Shown in pieces: positions 20,281 through 28,986 of a stretch of DNA of 64,000 bases. The first letter of the stretch is position 1; each line of letters opens with the position of its first letter. Both the position numbers and the translations under genes were made by a program. The stretch spans positions 29,537 to 93,536 of the forward strand of contig JAHJTG010000016.1 of NCBI GenBank assembly GCA_018829965.1, in the 5' to 3' direction. Below the pieces are notes generated by a model. That model was not told the DNA's origin, did not search any database, and saw only the letters and a program-made list of their open reading frames with translations. This DNA is from Patescibacteria group bacterium. Lineage in GTDB: Bacteria > Patescibacteriota > Minisyncoccia > Minisyncoccales > Staskawiczbacteraceae.

Positions 20281-20367
20281 AAATTTATTTGCCTAATTTT
20301 TTTTGTTGACCAGATGGGTATTTTTGTTCCCTTATTCGCGCGAATTAGACCAAGGGAATCTACACGG

Positions 20368-20401
20368 AACATTCTGACATTCTTGAGAATGTCAGAATGT
20401 T
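20368..20401. repeat. CATTCT-type palindrome (1 of 4)
   Basis: AACATTCTGACATTCTTGAGAATGTCAGAATGTT. Confidence 0.8.
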
Positions 20402-20424
20402 TTTATATACCTCCAAAATTTTAA

Positions 20425-20706
20425 CTAAGTTCTAAATAATTTTCGCAGTTCTGTTTTTGTCTGATTCAAAATTCTTTTTCTCGCCGGTTTTAAATTTTTG
20501 CCTGCCCGATTGATATAAAAATTAAGCATTGACATCGCTGATTGAAACGACGTTCCTTTCCGGCGCTCGCTCGCGAGCGCCGATTCTTTTAGTGAAAGGG
20601 CGATTTTTTTCGGGTTGTCCCACGTAAAAACGCCTTCTTCCAAGTCAAGAGCATTGCTGTATTTTGTCACTCTATCAGACCAAAATTTGGTTTGCTTTTT
20701 AGTCAT
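20425..20706 (-). CDS. DUF3175-like protein
   Basis: WSDRVT..SNALDLEEGVFTWDNPKKIALSLK...SAMSMLNFYINRAGKNL. Confidence 0.8.
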   Translation of the reverse strand: MTKKQTKFWSDRVTKYSNALDLEEGVFTWDNPKKIALSLKESALASERRKGTSFQSAMSMLNFYINRAGKNLKPARKRILNQTKTELRKLFRT

Positions 20707-20788
20707 TCTATTTTTAAAAATAGAAACTAAAGTTTATATATTTGCGGCGTTCGGTCGGAAAATAAAAGCAATCTTTTCTTTTCCTCCC

Positions 20789-21181
20789 TCACTTGCAATT
20801 ATTGATGATTGTTTTTAAATAGGGCCAGAAAATAAGAATGCCGATAATTGCCGCGCCAAAAATAACCAAAAATACAAAAGCCGAAAGCAAATCTTTTATT
20901 ATTTTAACGCGCGGGTCATGGCTTGGCTGTAAAAAGTCCAAAAAGCGCTCCATAATGGAATTAATCATTTCTAATCCAAGCACGGAAAAAATCATTACTA
21001 AAAGCACGGCCTTTTCTGTTCTGGTGGTCGGGAAATAAAGCATTGCTCCGACAACTAATAGAGCCGCTGTTGCCATATATTTAAAAGCCGGCTCTTTAAC
21101 AAGAACCGTCCATAATCCTTTCCAAGAATTCTGAAAACTCAAAAAAATATTTTTCCTTCTCTGATTATTATTTTGTTCCAT
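20789..21181 (-). CDS. diacylglycerol/undecaprenol kinase family (DgkA-like)
   Basis: 3 TM helices, EMINSIMERFLD, KIIKD. Confidence 0.85.
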   Translation of the reverse strand: MEQNNNQRRKNIFLSFQNSWKGLWTVLVKEPAFKYMATAALLVVGAMLYFPTTRTEKAVLLVMIFSVLGLEMINSIMERFLDFLQPSHDPRVKIIKDLLSAFVFLVIFGAAIIGILIFWPYLKTIINNCK

Positions 21182-21207
21182 TTTATTATTTTATCATTCC
21201 GACATTC

Positions 21208-21495
21208 TCAAGAATGCGAGAATGTCGTTATAAATTTGTAGAAAATTTTGCCGTAAGGTGAAAGAAAATGGGCGACTTCCCTATCCCGATATTTTTTATT
21301 AACCAAACCTGCCTGCGTTAATTTTTGCGTATGTCCCGAGATTGTTTTTATATTACATTCTAAACTCTCGGCAATATTGTCTAAACTAATTCCCCCGTTT
21401 TCGGCAACCAGTTTTAAAATCTCGATTCGGCGATGATTAGATATGCCTTTAAAGTGTCTTTCTAATTGTTTTGCGGTTTTTATTTTTGTTTTCAT
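21208..21495 (-). CDS. ArsR-like winged-helix DNA-binding protein
   Basis: FKGISNHRRIEIL...TISGHTQKLTQAGLV. Confidence 0.82.
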   Translation of the reverse strand: MKTKIKTAKQLERHFKGISNHRRIEILKLVAENGGISLDNIAESLECNIKTISGHTQKLTQAGLVNKKYRDREVAHFLSPYGKIFYKFITTFSHS

Positions 21496-21511
21496 ATCCT
21501 CATTTTACCAT

Positions 21512-21545
21512 AACATTCTCACATTCTCGAGAATGTGAGAATGTT
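21512..21545. promoter_or_regulatory. perfect 34-bp palindrome, candidate operator of the wHTH gene
   Basis: AACATTCTCACATTCTCGAGAATGTGAGAATGTT lies just upstream of an extended -10 (TGGTAAAAT); further copies at 21195-21224 and 22326-22355. Confidence 0.6.
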
Positions 21546-21592
21546 TATTTACTCTTTGAATTATGTTTCCAAAATTTTAAGCTTTTCCATAA

Positions 21593-22315
21593 TTATTTCT
21601 TTGAATTTTTGCCGTTAATAACAATTAGGGCGTGAAAATCCTGATATAAACGAAAATCTTTTCTCAAGTTTTCCTCAAATAATTTTTGCAGAAACTGATA
21701 ATCCGTCTTGTCTGCCAAATTACGCTCTTTAACTAATCTTCTGGTATATTCATCTATAACAAAAACTGGTTTATCTAAAGCGTAAAGTAAAATGCTATCA
21801 GCTGTTTCCGGTCCAATGCCTTTTAATTTTAGCAGTTCTTCCCTTAATTCTTTGAGTTCTGTTTTTTTCATTCTTTCCAAACTGCCATCCCGATTTAATC
21901 GAGGATCTCCCGATGAAATCGAGGATCCTCGACTCTGTCGGGACTCGACAGAGTCGGGATAATTCTCCACGATAAATTTGGATAAATTAAATAGATATTG
22001 GGCCTTGGTTTTGTAAAATCCCGAGGGTTTAATTAAAGGCACTAATCTTTTTGCGCCCAATTGATAAAGAGCCTTTAGCGAATTTATCTTTGCTTTCTTT
22101 AAATTATTTAAAGCCAATTCTACGTTTTTCCAATTTGTTCTCTGAGTTAAAATCGCCCCGATTGCTATTTCCTCTCTTTCTCGTCTAATTTTAGACCTTT
22201 TACACCAAAGTTTCCATTGTCCCTTAGGCGTTCCGTATTTCTTTTTTAACTCTTTATATAATTTCTCAAATTGTTTAACGTCGGATGTTAAACATTCACG
22301 TCGGGTGTTAAACAT
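21593..22315 (-). CDS. endonuclease III-related HhH-GPD protein with an in-frame palindromic insertion
   Basis: GAILTQRTNWKNV, IKPSGFY, LKGIGPETADSILLYA, FVIDEYTRR, FHALIV. Confidence 0.88.
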   Translation of the reverse strand: MFNTRRECLTSDVKQFEKLYKELKKKYGTPKGQWKLWCKRSKIRREREEIAIGAILTQRTNWKNVELALNNLKKAKINSLKALYQLGAKRLVPLIKPSGFYKTKAQYLFNLSKFIVENYPDSVESRQSRGSSISSGDPRLNRDGSLERMKKTELKELREELLKLKGIGPETADSILLYALDKPVFVIDEYTRRLVKERNLADKTDYQFLQKLFEENLRKDFRLYQDFHALIVINGKNSKK

Positions 22316-22486
22316 TCATTTTTGACATTCTCACATTCTCGAGAATGTGAGAATGATTTTATTTTAATTCTCTTTTAAATGCTTTGGATAAAATGGATTT
22401 AGTCTAATTTTTTTGTTGGCCAGAGCATAAATTAATGGTGGCTGACCCCATTTTTTCTCAAGTCTAGTTCAAACTTGTGCGTTATG

Positions 22487-22561
22487 CGCCGCCATCGGGA
22501 TTTGAACCCGAGTCTCCAGCTTGAGAAGCTGATGTCCTAGACCAGACTAGACGATGGCGGC
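22487..22561 (-). tRNA. tRNA-Glu(CTC)
   Basis: GCCGCCA acceptor stem, CAGC-TTCTCAA-GCTG anticodon arm, GGTTCAAATCC. Confidence 0.95.
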
Positions 22562-22646
22562 ATTTATTAAAATTTAACATAAAACTTACTCTCTGTCGAT
22601 AAAAAAATCGCCTTAAAGTTAGAGCGATTTTTTATAACAATTTTAT

Positions 22647-23279
22647 CTATTTCCACTTCATTTTCAACGCCTCGGATATTTCCACGAGGTTTAAACCTAG
22701 AATAGTGCCAACGCAACTTGTTGCCAAGGCGGAATAAACATGCTCTTTTCCGACAGAATCCTGCCAGATAGGTATGCTTTTCCCGTTATGATTTATTTTA
22801 AAATTCGCACCTTCGTTATCTGTGTTGACATCACTTGCCATAAAATCAGCTCCCTGTTCAAAGCCGAAGGTAATATCTTTTAAATTAGCCGTGTCGTTTA
22901 TTTTCACAGCTGATTTATCATCAAAATTCAAAACTAAAAATCCGTAAGAAGGGATTAATTGAGCTAATTCGGATATTTGTTTTATTTCTTTTAAAATCTC
23001 TACCATATGAGTTACAACCAAAATCGGCAATGGAGACAATCTTACCAGCTCAGCCATCTTTTTAAAGATTTTTTCACTTTCTAAATTTGTTTCTATAATA
23101 AAAACGTTTTTTATTAAAATATCAAAAAGATTAGGAGTTTTCTTAATCAACTTCTTAACTTTAAAATTGCTTTCCAAAATATGGGAAATAGATTCAACAG
23201 CCAAACTCTTGCCTTTGCCAGACACTATAATAACTTTTATCTTTTTAAGACGGAAAATAGTTTTGAATATGAAATTCAT
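22647..23279 (-). CDS. truncated Mur-ligase-like protein (central domain)
   Basis: LVLNFDD, ITFGF...ADFMAS, GKEHVYSALA; follows ftsI; lacks the C-terminal domain. Confidence 0.6.
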   Translation of the reverse strand: MNFIFKTIFRLKKIKVIIVSGKGKSLAVESISHILESNFKVKKLIKKTPNLFDILIKNVFIIETNLESEKIFKKMAELVRLSPLPILVVTHMVEILKEIKQISELAQLIPSYGFLVLNFDDKSAVKINDTANLKDITFGFEQGADFMASDVNTDNEGANFKINHNGKSIPIWQDSVGKEHVYSALATSCVGTILGLNLVEISEALKMKWK

Positions 23280-23372
23280 AATTATGAGTGAGGGAGGAAT
23301 ATATGAAAAATTTTCATATATTCCGACTGAACGATTAATTATATAAATTACTTTTAGTAATTTCTATATAAT
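23280..23372. repeat. family C element filling the ftsI-mur intergenic gap
   Basis: ATGAGTGAGGGAGGAAT...ATTCCGACTGAACGATTAATTATA. Confidence 0.7.
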
Positions 23373-25052
23373 TTAATCGTCTGAATAGTCTTGCGGTATC
23401 TGCCAATAGTTTAAAACATATTGAGCTAATTTTGAAAATATTGGAGCAGCTGATAAACTTGAGCTTCTGCTTGTAGGATTATCTAATTTTATCAATGCAA
23501 CGAATCTTGGATTCAAAGCTGGAGCAAACCCAACAAAGCTGTGAATGGTTTTATCTGGATAATAACCAGCTTTATCTTCGTAAGCTATTTGAGCTGTTCC
23601 TGTTTTCCCTGCGATATAGTAGCCGGGGACTTTTGCTCGTCCAGCGACACCATTATCAACCACGCTGATTAACATTGTTGTTAACTGGGAAGCAGTGCTC
23701 TGATTGATTACTTCCCTCAAAACCTTTGGTGAAGTTTGAAGCTCTTCTCTTTGATTGTTTACAATTTTCTCTACTATGTATGGTTTTACTAACTTTCCCC
23801 CATTAGCGAAAACACAAAAAGCTCTGATGAACTGAATTGGGGTCATTTCAATACCCTGGCCAAAACTTGCAGTAGCAAAATTAATTTCTTTTCCGTTTCT
23901 TAAGTTTTGATTCTTAGAATAAACCTCACCCTGTAAATCAATACCTGTTTTTTCTCCAAAACCGAATTTATCAATATAGTCTAGATAAACATCGTGGGAA
24001 ATTAGTTTTGAAACAAAGATAGCTCCTGTATTAAGGGATTTCTCTAAAACCCCTGTCATTGTTTGCTCCCCGTATTTCTTATCATCAAAATTACAAATAT
24101 TTCTTGTACCAATTTTTACACAACCCTCATCTATATAACTTGTTTCTGGAGTTACTTTTCCTTCGTTTAAAGCAATCGCCATAGTAATAGGTTTTAATAT
24201 AGAACCCAATTCAAAAATCTTTTGTACTACTGAGTTTTGAAATATTGCTAAATCTTTTTCTTTAGAATATTGATTCGGGTCAAAGCTGGGATAATTCGCA
24301 AGCGCTACAATTCTGCCTGTCTGCGGATCCATTACTATAATCTGACCGGAGTCAATATTAAAATCTTCTTTTGCTTTTTTTAATAAGCTTTCTGCTTCAA
24401 ATTGAATACTGTAATCAATTGTTAGATATAAATCAGAACCGTCTAAACTATTTACTTCAATGCTGGCAGGATTAAAAAAAACAGAACTGCGGGACCCTTC
24501 TGTGAAGCTTTTTTCTCCTTTTAAAATACTGTCGTAATATCCCTCTACGCCATACTGGCCGATTTGCTCTTCGCCTCCGACGAAACCAATCACCTGGGCA
24601 GCTATTTTTGTTTGAGGGTAATATCTACCTGGTTGGTTTTCTAAATGCACTCCTTTTAAACCCGCTCTCTTAATCTTTGCAACCTCGTCTTCTGTTAATT
24701 TGTTTTTAATCAATGTATAGGAGTCCCCTCTTTCAATCTTAGAAAGAATCTGTTTTGATGTGTCTCCGATAATTTCGCTTAAAGCATCTGCAGTCTCTTC
24801 TTTATTCTCAATCTCCTGAGGATTTATATATACTAACCACTTGTCGTTGTTTATAGCCAAACTCTTAGTTTTACCAGCAAAGAAAACTTCTCCTCTTTCT
24901 CCCTGAATCTCTTGGAAAATAGCTTGCTGGCCTAAAGCTTGAGCTTGATAGAACTTATGATTTAATATCTGGAGATAAAATAAGCGGCTAATAATAGCCA
25001 CTCCAAAAAGAACGATGAGTATGAAGATAAAATTAATTCGTCCGTTTCTCAT
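23373..25052 (-). CDS. ftsI: class B penicillin-binding protein (FtsI-like)
   Basis: SxxK (GSILK), SxN (SLN), KTGT; position after mraZ-rsmH-ftsL. Confidence 0.88.
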   Translation of the reverse strand: MRNGRINFIFILIVLFGVAIISRLFYLQILNHKFYQAQALGQQAIFQEIQGERGEVFFAGKTKSLAINNDKWLVYINPQEIENKEETADALSEIIGDTSKQILSKIERGDSYTLIKNKLTEDEVAKIKRAGLKGVHLENQPGRYYPQTKIAAQVIGFVGGEEQIGQYGVEGYYDSILKGEKSFTEGSRSSVFFNPASIEVNSLDGSDLYLTIDYSIQFEAESLLKKAKEDFNIDSGQIIVMDPQTGRIVALANYPSFDPNQYSKEKDLAIFQNSVVQKIFELGSILKPITMAIALNEGKVTPETSYIDEGCVKIGTRNICNFDDKKYGEQTMTGVLEKSLNTGAIFVSKLISHDVYLDYIDKFGFGEKTGIDLQGEVYSKNQNLRNGKEINFATASFGQGIEMTPIQFIRAFCVFANGGKLVKPYIVEKIVNNQREELQTSPKVLREVINQSTASQLTTMLISVVDNGVAGRAKVPGYYIAGKTGTAQIAYEDKAGYYPDKTIHSFVGFAPALNPRFVALIKLDNPTSRSSSLSAAPIFSKLAQYVLNYWQIPQDYSDD

Positions 25053-25433
25053 TTACCTCTGGGCTAATGAACTATCTAGAATTTGGATGTATCCTATTCT
25101 TTTAACTTGAGTAAAGTTTAATTCTGCTGCCTTGCTTTGAATGTTTTCTAAATAACTGATTTGAGCAAGCCTTATTTCTAAATTCTTGTTTCCTTGAATG
25201 AGATTATCAACTTGCGCTTGATAGCTTTTAATCACATATCCCCCTCGAATCATTTCATTTATTTGGAAAACATACAAAACCGAAAAGAACAACACTCCGC
25301 AAAAACCAAACAACAAAAGAGCTTTCCAATTAATCTTCGGCAATCTAATTGTCGCCATTTTGGCGAGCCTCGCCATCGGGCGGGAAGATGCCTTTTGCAA
25401 AGAGAGTGTTTGAACTAATGCATGTGTTGTCAT
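25053..25433 (-). CDS. FtsL-like cell division protein
   Basis: Single TM plus coiled coil, located between rsmH and the PBP gene. Confidence 0.65.
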   Translation of the reverse strand: MTTHALVQTLSLQKASSRPMARLAKMATIRLPKINWKALLLFGFCGVLFFSVLYVFQINEMIRGGYVIKSYQAQVDNLIQGNKNLEIRLAQISYLENIQSKAAELNFTQVKRIGYIQILDSSLAQR

Positions 25434-25440
25434 AACTTTG

Positions 25441-25568
25441 AAAACTCTAAGTTCTAATTTCTAAATCCTAAATAATTTCAAAATTCAAATATCTAAATTA
25501 TAAACACTTTTGAACTTTGGGTTTTGAAATTGTAATTTATTTAGAGTTTAGGATTTGGGATTTAGAAT
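25441..25568. repeat. AT-rich ~7-bp periodic inverted repeat (family D)
   Basis: Repeated CTAAA(T/A)-like units followed by TTTAG(G/A)-like units; similar tracts at 35650, 37700, 45983 and inside trmD and rnhB. Confidence 0.65.
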
Positions 25569-26522
25569 TTATGTTTTAACTATTGCTCTTAATTTTGCTG
25601 ACCTTGAACGATTATTTGATTTAATTTCCTCTAATGAGGCTGTAATCGGCTTTTTTGTTAATATTTTTATTACGCCGTCTTTTGATTGGTCTCTAAAAAA
25701 GTTTTTAACGATTCTGTCTTCCAGAGAATGAAAGGAGATAACCACTAATCTTCCTCCGGGTTCTAACACCTCTATTGCTTGAGGTAAAACATTCTTCAAA
25801 TTCTCTAACTCCTGATTAACTGCGATTCTTAATGCTTGGAATGTTCTTGTTGCAAAATGGATTCTTCCTCTTTCATATCCTCTCGGTACTGCTTTTTTAA
25901 TAACTTCTATCAAGTCAGTTGTTGTTTCAAGTTTTTTTACCCTTCGAGCTTCTACGATCGCTTTAGCGATTCTTCTTGATAATCTTTCCTCCCCGTATTC
26001 TCTCAAGATTGCTTCTATGTCGTTCTCTCTCCAGCTGTTTACTATCTGCCTTGCAGTCAGCTCGTTATCCTTTAAATAACGCATATCAAGCGGTTCATTT
26101 TTCATAAAGGCGAATCCCCTGCCTGAATCGTCTAGGTGCCAACTAGACATTCCTAGATCCAGTAAAATCCCATTTACCCCGTTAGAGGTTTGTCCCCCTT
26201 GTTCATCTTGTTCCCCTTCCGAGCCTCCTTGACCTCTAACTGGGCGAGCTGACCCGAAGTTATTATCTCGGATAATTTCTTTTAAATTTGTATAAGAACC
26301 AACAACAAGAATGATTCGATTCTTGTAATTTTCAATTTCCAATTTACAATTTTCAATTTGTTGACTATCTAAATCGATTCCTAAAAGTTTTCCATTCGGA
26401 CCGCTTCTCTCTAATATCGCAATCGCATGACCGCCTTCGCCTATTGTGCAATCAATAAAGTTTTCATTGCTCTTTGGATTTAAATATTCAAGGACTTCTT
26501 TTGGCAGAACGGGTATATGCAT
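25569..26522 (-). CDS. rsmH: 16S rRNA m4C1402 methyltransferase RsmH with an in-frame family A insertion
   Basis: HIPVL, DCTIGEGGH, DLGMSS, PLDMR, FQALRIAVN, SFHSLEDRIVK, SRSAKLR. Confidence 0.96.
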   Translation of the reverse strand: MHIPVLPKEVLEYLNPKSNENFIDCTIGEGGHAIAILERSGPNGKLLGIDLDSQQIENCKLEIENYKNRIILVVGSYTNLKEIIRDNNFGSARPVRGQGGSEGEQDEQGGQTSNGVNGILLDLGMSSWHLDDSGRGFAFMKNEPLDMRYLKDNELTARQIVNSWRENDIEAILREYGEERLSRRIAKAIVEARRVKKLETTTDLIEVIKKAVPRGYERGRIHFATRTFQALRIAVNQELENLKNVLPQAIEVLEPGGRLVVISFHSLEDRIVKNFFRDQSKDGVIKILTKKPITASLEEIKSNNRSRSAKLRAIVKT

Positions 26523-26523
26523 T

Positions 26524-26940
26524 TTATTTCGCTTTCTCGCTTTTATTCATATTTTCATCCTGTTTGGTTATATAACTATTCCATCTTTTTGCGTCCCAGA
26601 CTTCTAATTCTTTATTTAATCCGCAAATTACTACTTCTTTCTCTAAACCAGCGTATTTTTTTAAATAATCTGGAATAAGAATTCTGCCTAATTTATCAAA
26701 GCTGACCTCCATAGCGCCGGCAAGAATAACTCTGGCAAAACCGCGTGCTTCTGGTTCGGTAATCGGGAGTCCGCCTAATTTCTTCAACATATCCTGCCAG
26801 CTCTTTTTGGTATAAACAACTAAACACTTAGTTATGCCCTTGGTGATTATAACTCTTACTCCAAGTTCGCCTCTAAACTTAGCGGGCATAGCTAATCTTT
26901 TTTTAACGTCAATTTTATATCTATATTCACCAGTAAACAT
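26524..26940 (-). CDS. mraZ: transcriptional repressor MraZ
   Basis: MFTGEY..IDVKKRL and DKLGRILIP motifs, directly upstream of rsmH. Confidence 0.95.
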   Translation of the reverse strand: MFTGEYRYKIDVKKRLAMPAKFRGELGVRVIITKGITKCLVVYTKKSWQDMLKKLGGLPITEPEARGFARVILAGAMEVSFDKLGRILIPDYLKKYAGLEKEVVICGLNKELEVWDAKRWNSYITKQDENMNKSEKAK

Positions 26941-26980
26941 ACGAATAATTTTTAAATAATTTCTTAATGGCTCAAATTTT

Positions 26981-27201
26981 AAACTGTTAAGTGAGGCGAC
27001 GAGTTTAAAAGTAAATTTCGCAGGCTCAATCTTTCAGTTAAGCGAGGCAATAATGTATGCGGGTGCACTTCGGAGCCAAGCTGTAAATGAGGACTCGGAA
27101 TAATATTGCCTACGTGCTTGGCGAGAAATAGGCGCGGCGGAGGAATAAATCTATTTTGGCTTAAGCCGACGCCGTGCTCCCGCATATATTATTGCCGAGT
27201 G
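26981..27201. repeat. family B elements (one partial, one full copy)
   Basis: Partial copy matches the 5589 start; full copy 27033-27201 is nearly identical to 44287-44424. Confidence 0.75.
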
Positions 27202-27225
27202 TTATCCACAGGTTAATTAGGTTCT

Positions 27226-27250
27226 CCCACACTTATCCACTATTATCCAC
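27226..27250 (-). promoter_or_regulatory. MraZ-binding direct repeats
   Basis: GTGGA-N5-GTGGA-N5-GTGGG at exact 10-bp spacing upstream of mraZ. Confidence 0.7.
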
Positions 27251-27437
27251 TACATATCCTTTATACCCCACTTTATAGGATTGGGTCAACACTTATAAAC
27301 CCAAGCTCATTTCCCTAGGGAAAACACTTATTTCTCCACAGGAAATCCACTATTGAATAAATTGTGATTCCCTTTTTCAGCAAAACTAAAAAACCAGCCT
27401 CATCGGACTGGTTTTCTAAAACCTTGTTTCTTTTAGA

Positions 27438-28970
27438 CTAAGGACATTTGTATATTTTGCCAGAACAATATCCTTTATTCCCAGGATTAATTGTAGTCTC
27501 ATGGCTTGCTCCTAAAATATCCATACAGAAATATCTTACCTCATCAACACATTTTAAACCTGGAGAACATTCCATGGCTGAATCTGAAATTAAAGACGGC
27601 AACTTCACATAGGCACAATAATAATTCTTAGATTTATTAATAATTACTTCATTGCCACTAATTGCCTTTATCTCGTCGCAATAAGGTTTTATGCTATCGT
27701 TCTGACAAGAAACATTAGTGTAAGCACCATCTTTCATATACATTAAATTCATTTCGTTATTTAATTCAGCCATACTGCTTTCAATTTTTAAGTTCCTATA
27801 CTGCGGAAACGCTTCTTCAAATTCTTTAAAGATTACTGGCGCCTCGACTGCTATTGGCTGATCAAACTTTGAATTAGTTATTTCAATACCTAAACCAACC
27901 ACTCCTTCTTGATCGCCAGTAATCTTAGCAAGGTCTATGCTTTTGTCTAACTTGAATCCATAAAGAAAATTATCCTTCATGCCTATTGAAAGCTCAGCAT
28001 TAATCTCTCCTATCTTATTTAAAAACTCTGAAACCATCCCTTCTATTGCGCCATCAGGTAATGACGTTAATGATTCCTGGCCATATTGCTTCATTGCCTC
28101 GCTTGCTAAAGCTTCTACTAAACTCGCTACCTTGTTATTATCCAACGCAACTAAATAGTGATACATTTTTTGACCACCGATTATTTGATTAGATAATTGC
28201 TTTTTTACAGCATAGAATTTGTTTTCAGATAATATTCTTTTGATTTGCTCGGCAAGAACGGCTCTTTGAGCGTTGTCATTTTGCAGAAATTGATTATACG
28301 AAAATTGGGTGATTGGAATTTTAATCCAACTCCCTATTACACTGTTTAAATCAATCCCCATCATCATTAAAAGTGGCTCTACAGAAGGGGCATTAACTTC
28401 CCCGATATTAAAATATCCTTCGCTAAGACTAACCATTTTCACATTAAACTTTGCTGAATTGACTGTTACCGAAGCCCCGACTCCATTAATCAATGATATT
28501 CCATAATCTCCTTGTATTCTCGGGTTGTTTACATCCTTATCCCAATCACCACTAAAAGTAATTGTCGCTGCCATAGAATCCTGACTATTTACATCTAAAT
28601 CTATCTTTGCTTCAGAATGAGCTGATTTTATCGCTATCATCTTCTCCATCATTAAAGCTGTAATCTTTTCCGGATCAGGCCTGAAAGGATTCCAAACAGG
28701 ATCCCAGATTCTCATGGCTAAAGATGTCCCAACGCCAACAATTGCTAATACTATTACAGCAATTATGACCTTAATCAAAATACCTGATTTTTTCCCTGGC
28801 TGTGGCTGTTTAAGCCCAATAGATGAAGAAGGAATTGGAGTTGGAACGGGAGGCGGAGTTGGAATTGGATTAGGATGTGGAGGCGGTGGAGTGGGACGAG
28901 GAGGAATTGGATTTAGTTTAGGGGACATCATTGTTCCCCCACTGATTGGTTGGCCTGGTATTTGTTCCAT
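27438..28970 (-). CDS. hypothetical membrane-anchored protein (Pro-rich N-terminus, TM, large external domain, Cys-rich C-terminus)
   Basis: 510-aa ORF with clear modular composition. Confidence 0.75.
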   Translation of the reverse strand: MEQIPGQPISGGTMMSPKLNPIPPRPTPPPPHPNPIPTPPPVPTPIPSSSIGLKQPQPGKKSGILIKVIIAVIVLAIVGVGTSLAMRIWDPVWNPFRPDPEKITALMMEKMIAIKSAHSEAKIDLDVNSQDSMAATITFSGDWDKDVNNPRIQGDYGISLINGVGASVTVNSAKFNVKMVSLSEGYFNIGEVNAPSVEPLLMMMGIDLNSVIGSWIKIPITQFSYNQFLQNDNAQRAVLAEQIKRILSENKFYAVKKQLSNQIIGGQKMYHYLVALDNNKVASLVEALASEAMKQYGQESLTSLPDGAIEGMVSEFLNKIGEINAELSIGMKDNFLYGFKLDKSIDLAKITGDQEGVVGLGIEITNSKFDQPIAVEAPVIFKEFEEAFPQYRNLKIESSMAELNNEMNLMYMKDGAYTNVSCQNDSIKPYCDEIKAISGNEVIINKSKNYYCAYVKLPSLISDSAMECSPGLKCVDEVRYFCMDILGASHETTINPGNKGYCSGKIYKCP

Positions 28971-28986
28971 ATGTTTTTATATTTTA

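Noticed and set aside
26979..27185. ORFs 26979-27185, 44312-44584 and 6845-7159
   Set aside because: They lie over family B repeats or antisense to genes, so chance open frames
27202..27250. oriC suggested by TTATCCACA
   Set aside because: One perfect DnaA box only; the neighbouring 10-bp-spaced repeats fit MraZ sites and dnaA is not nearby
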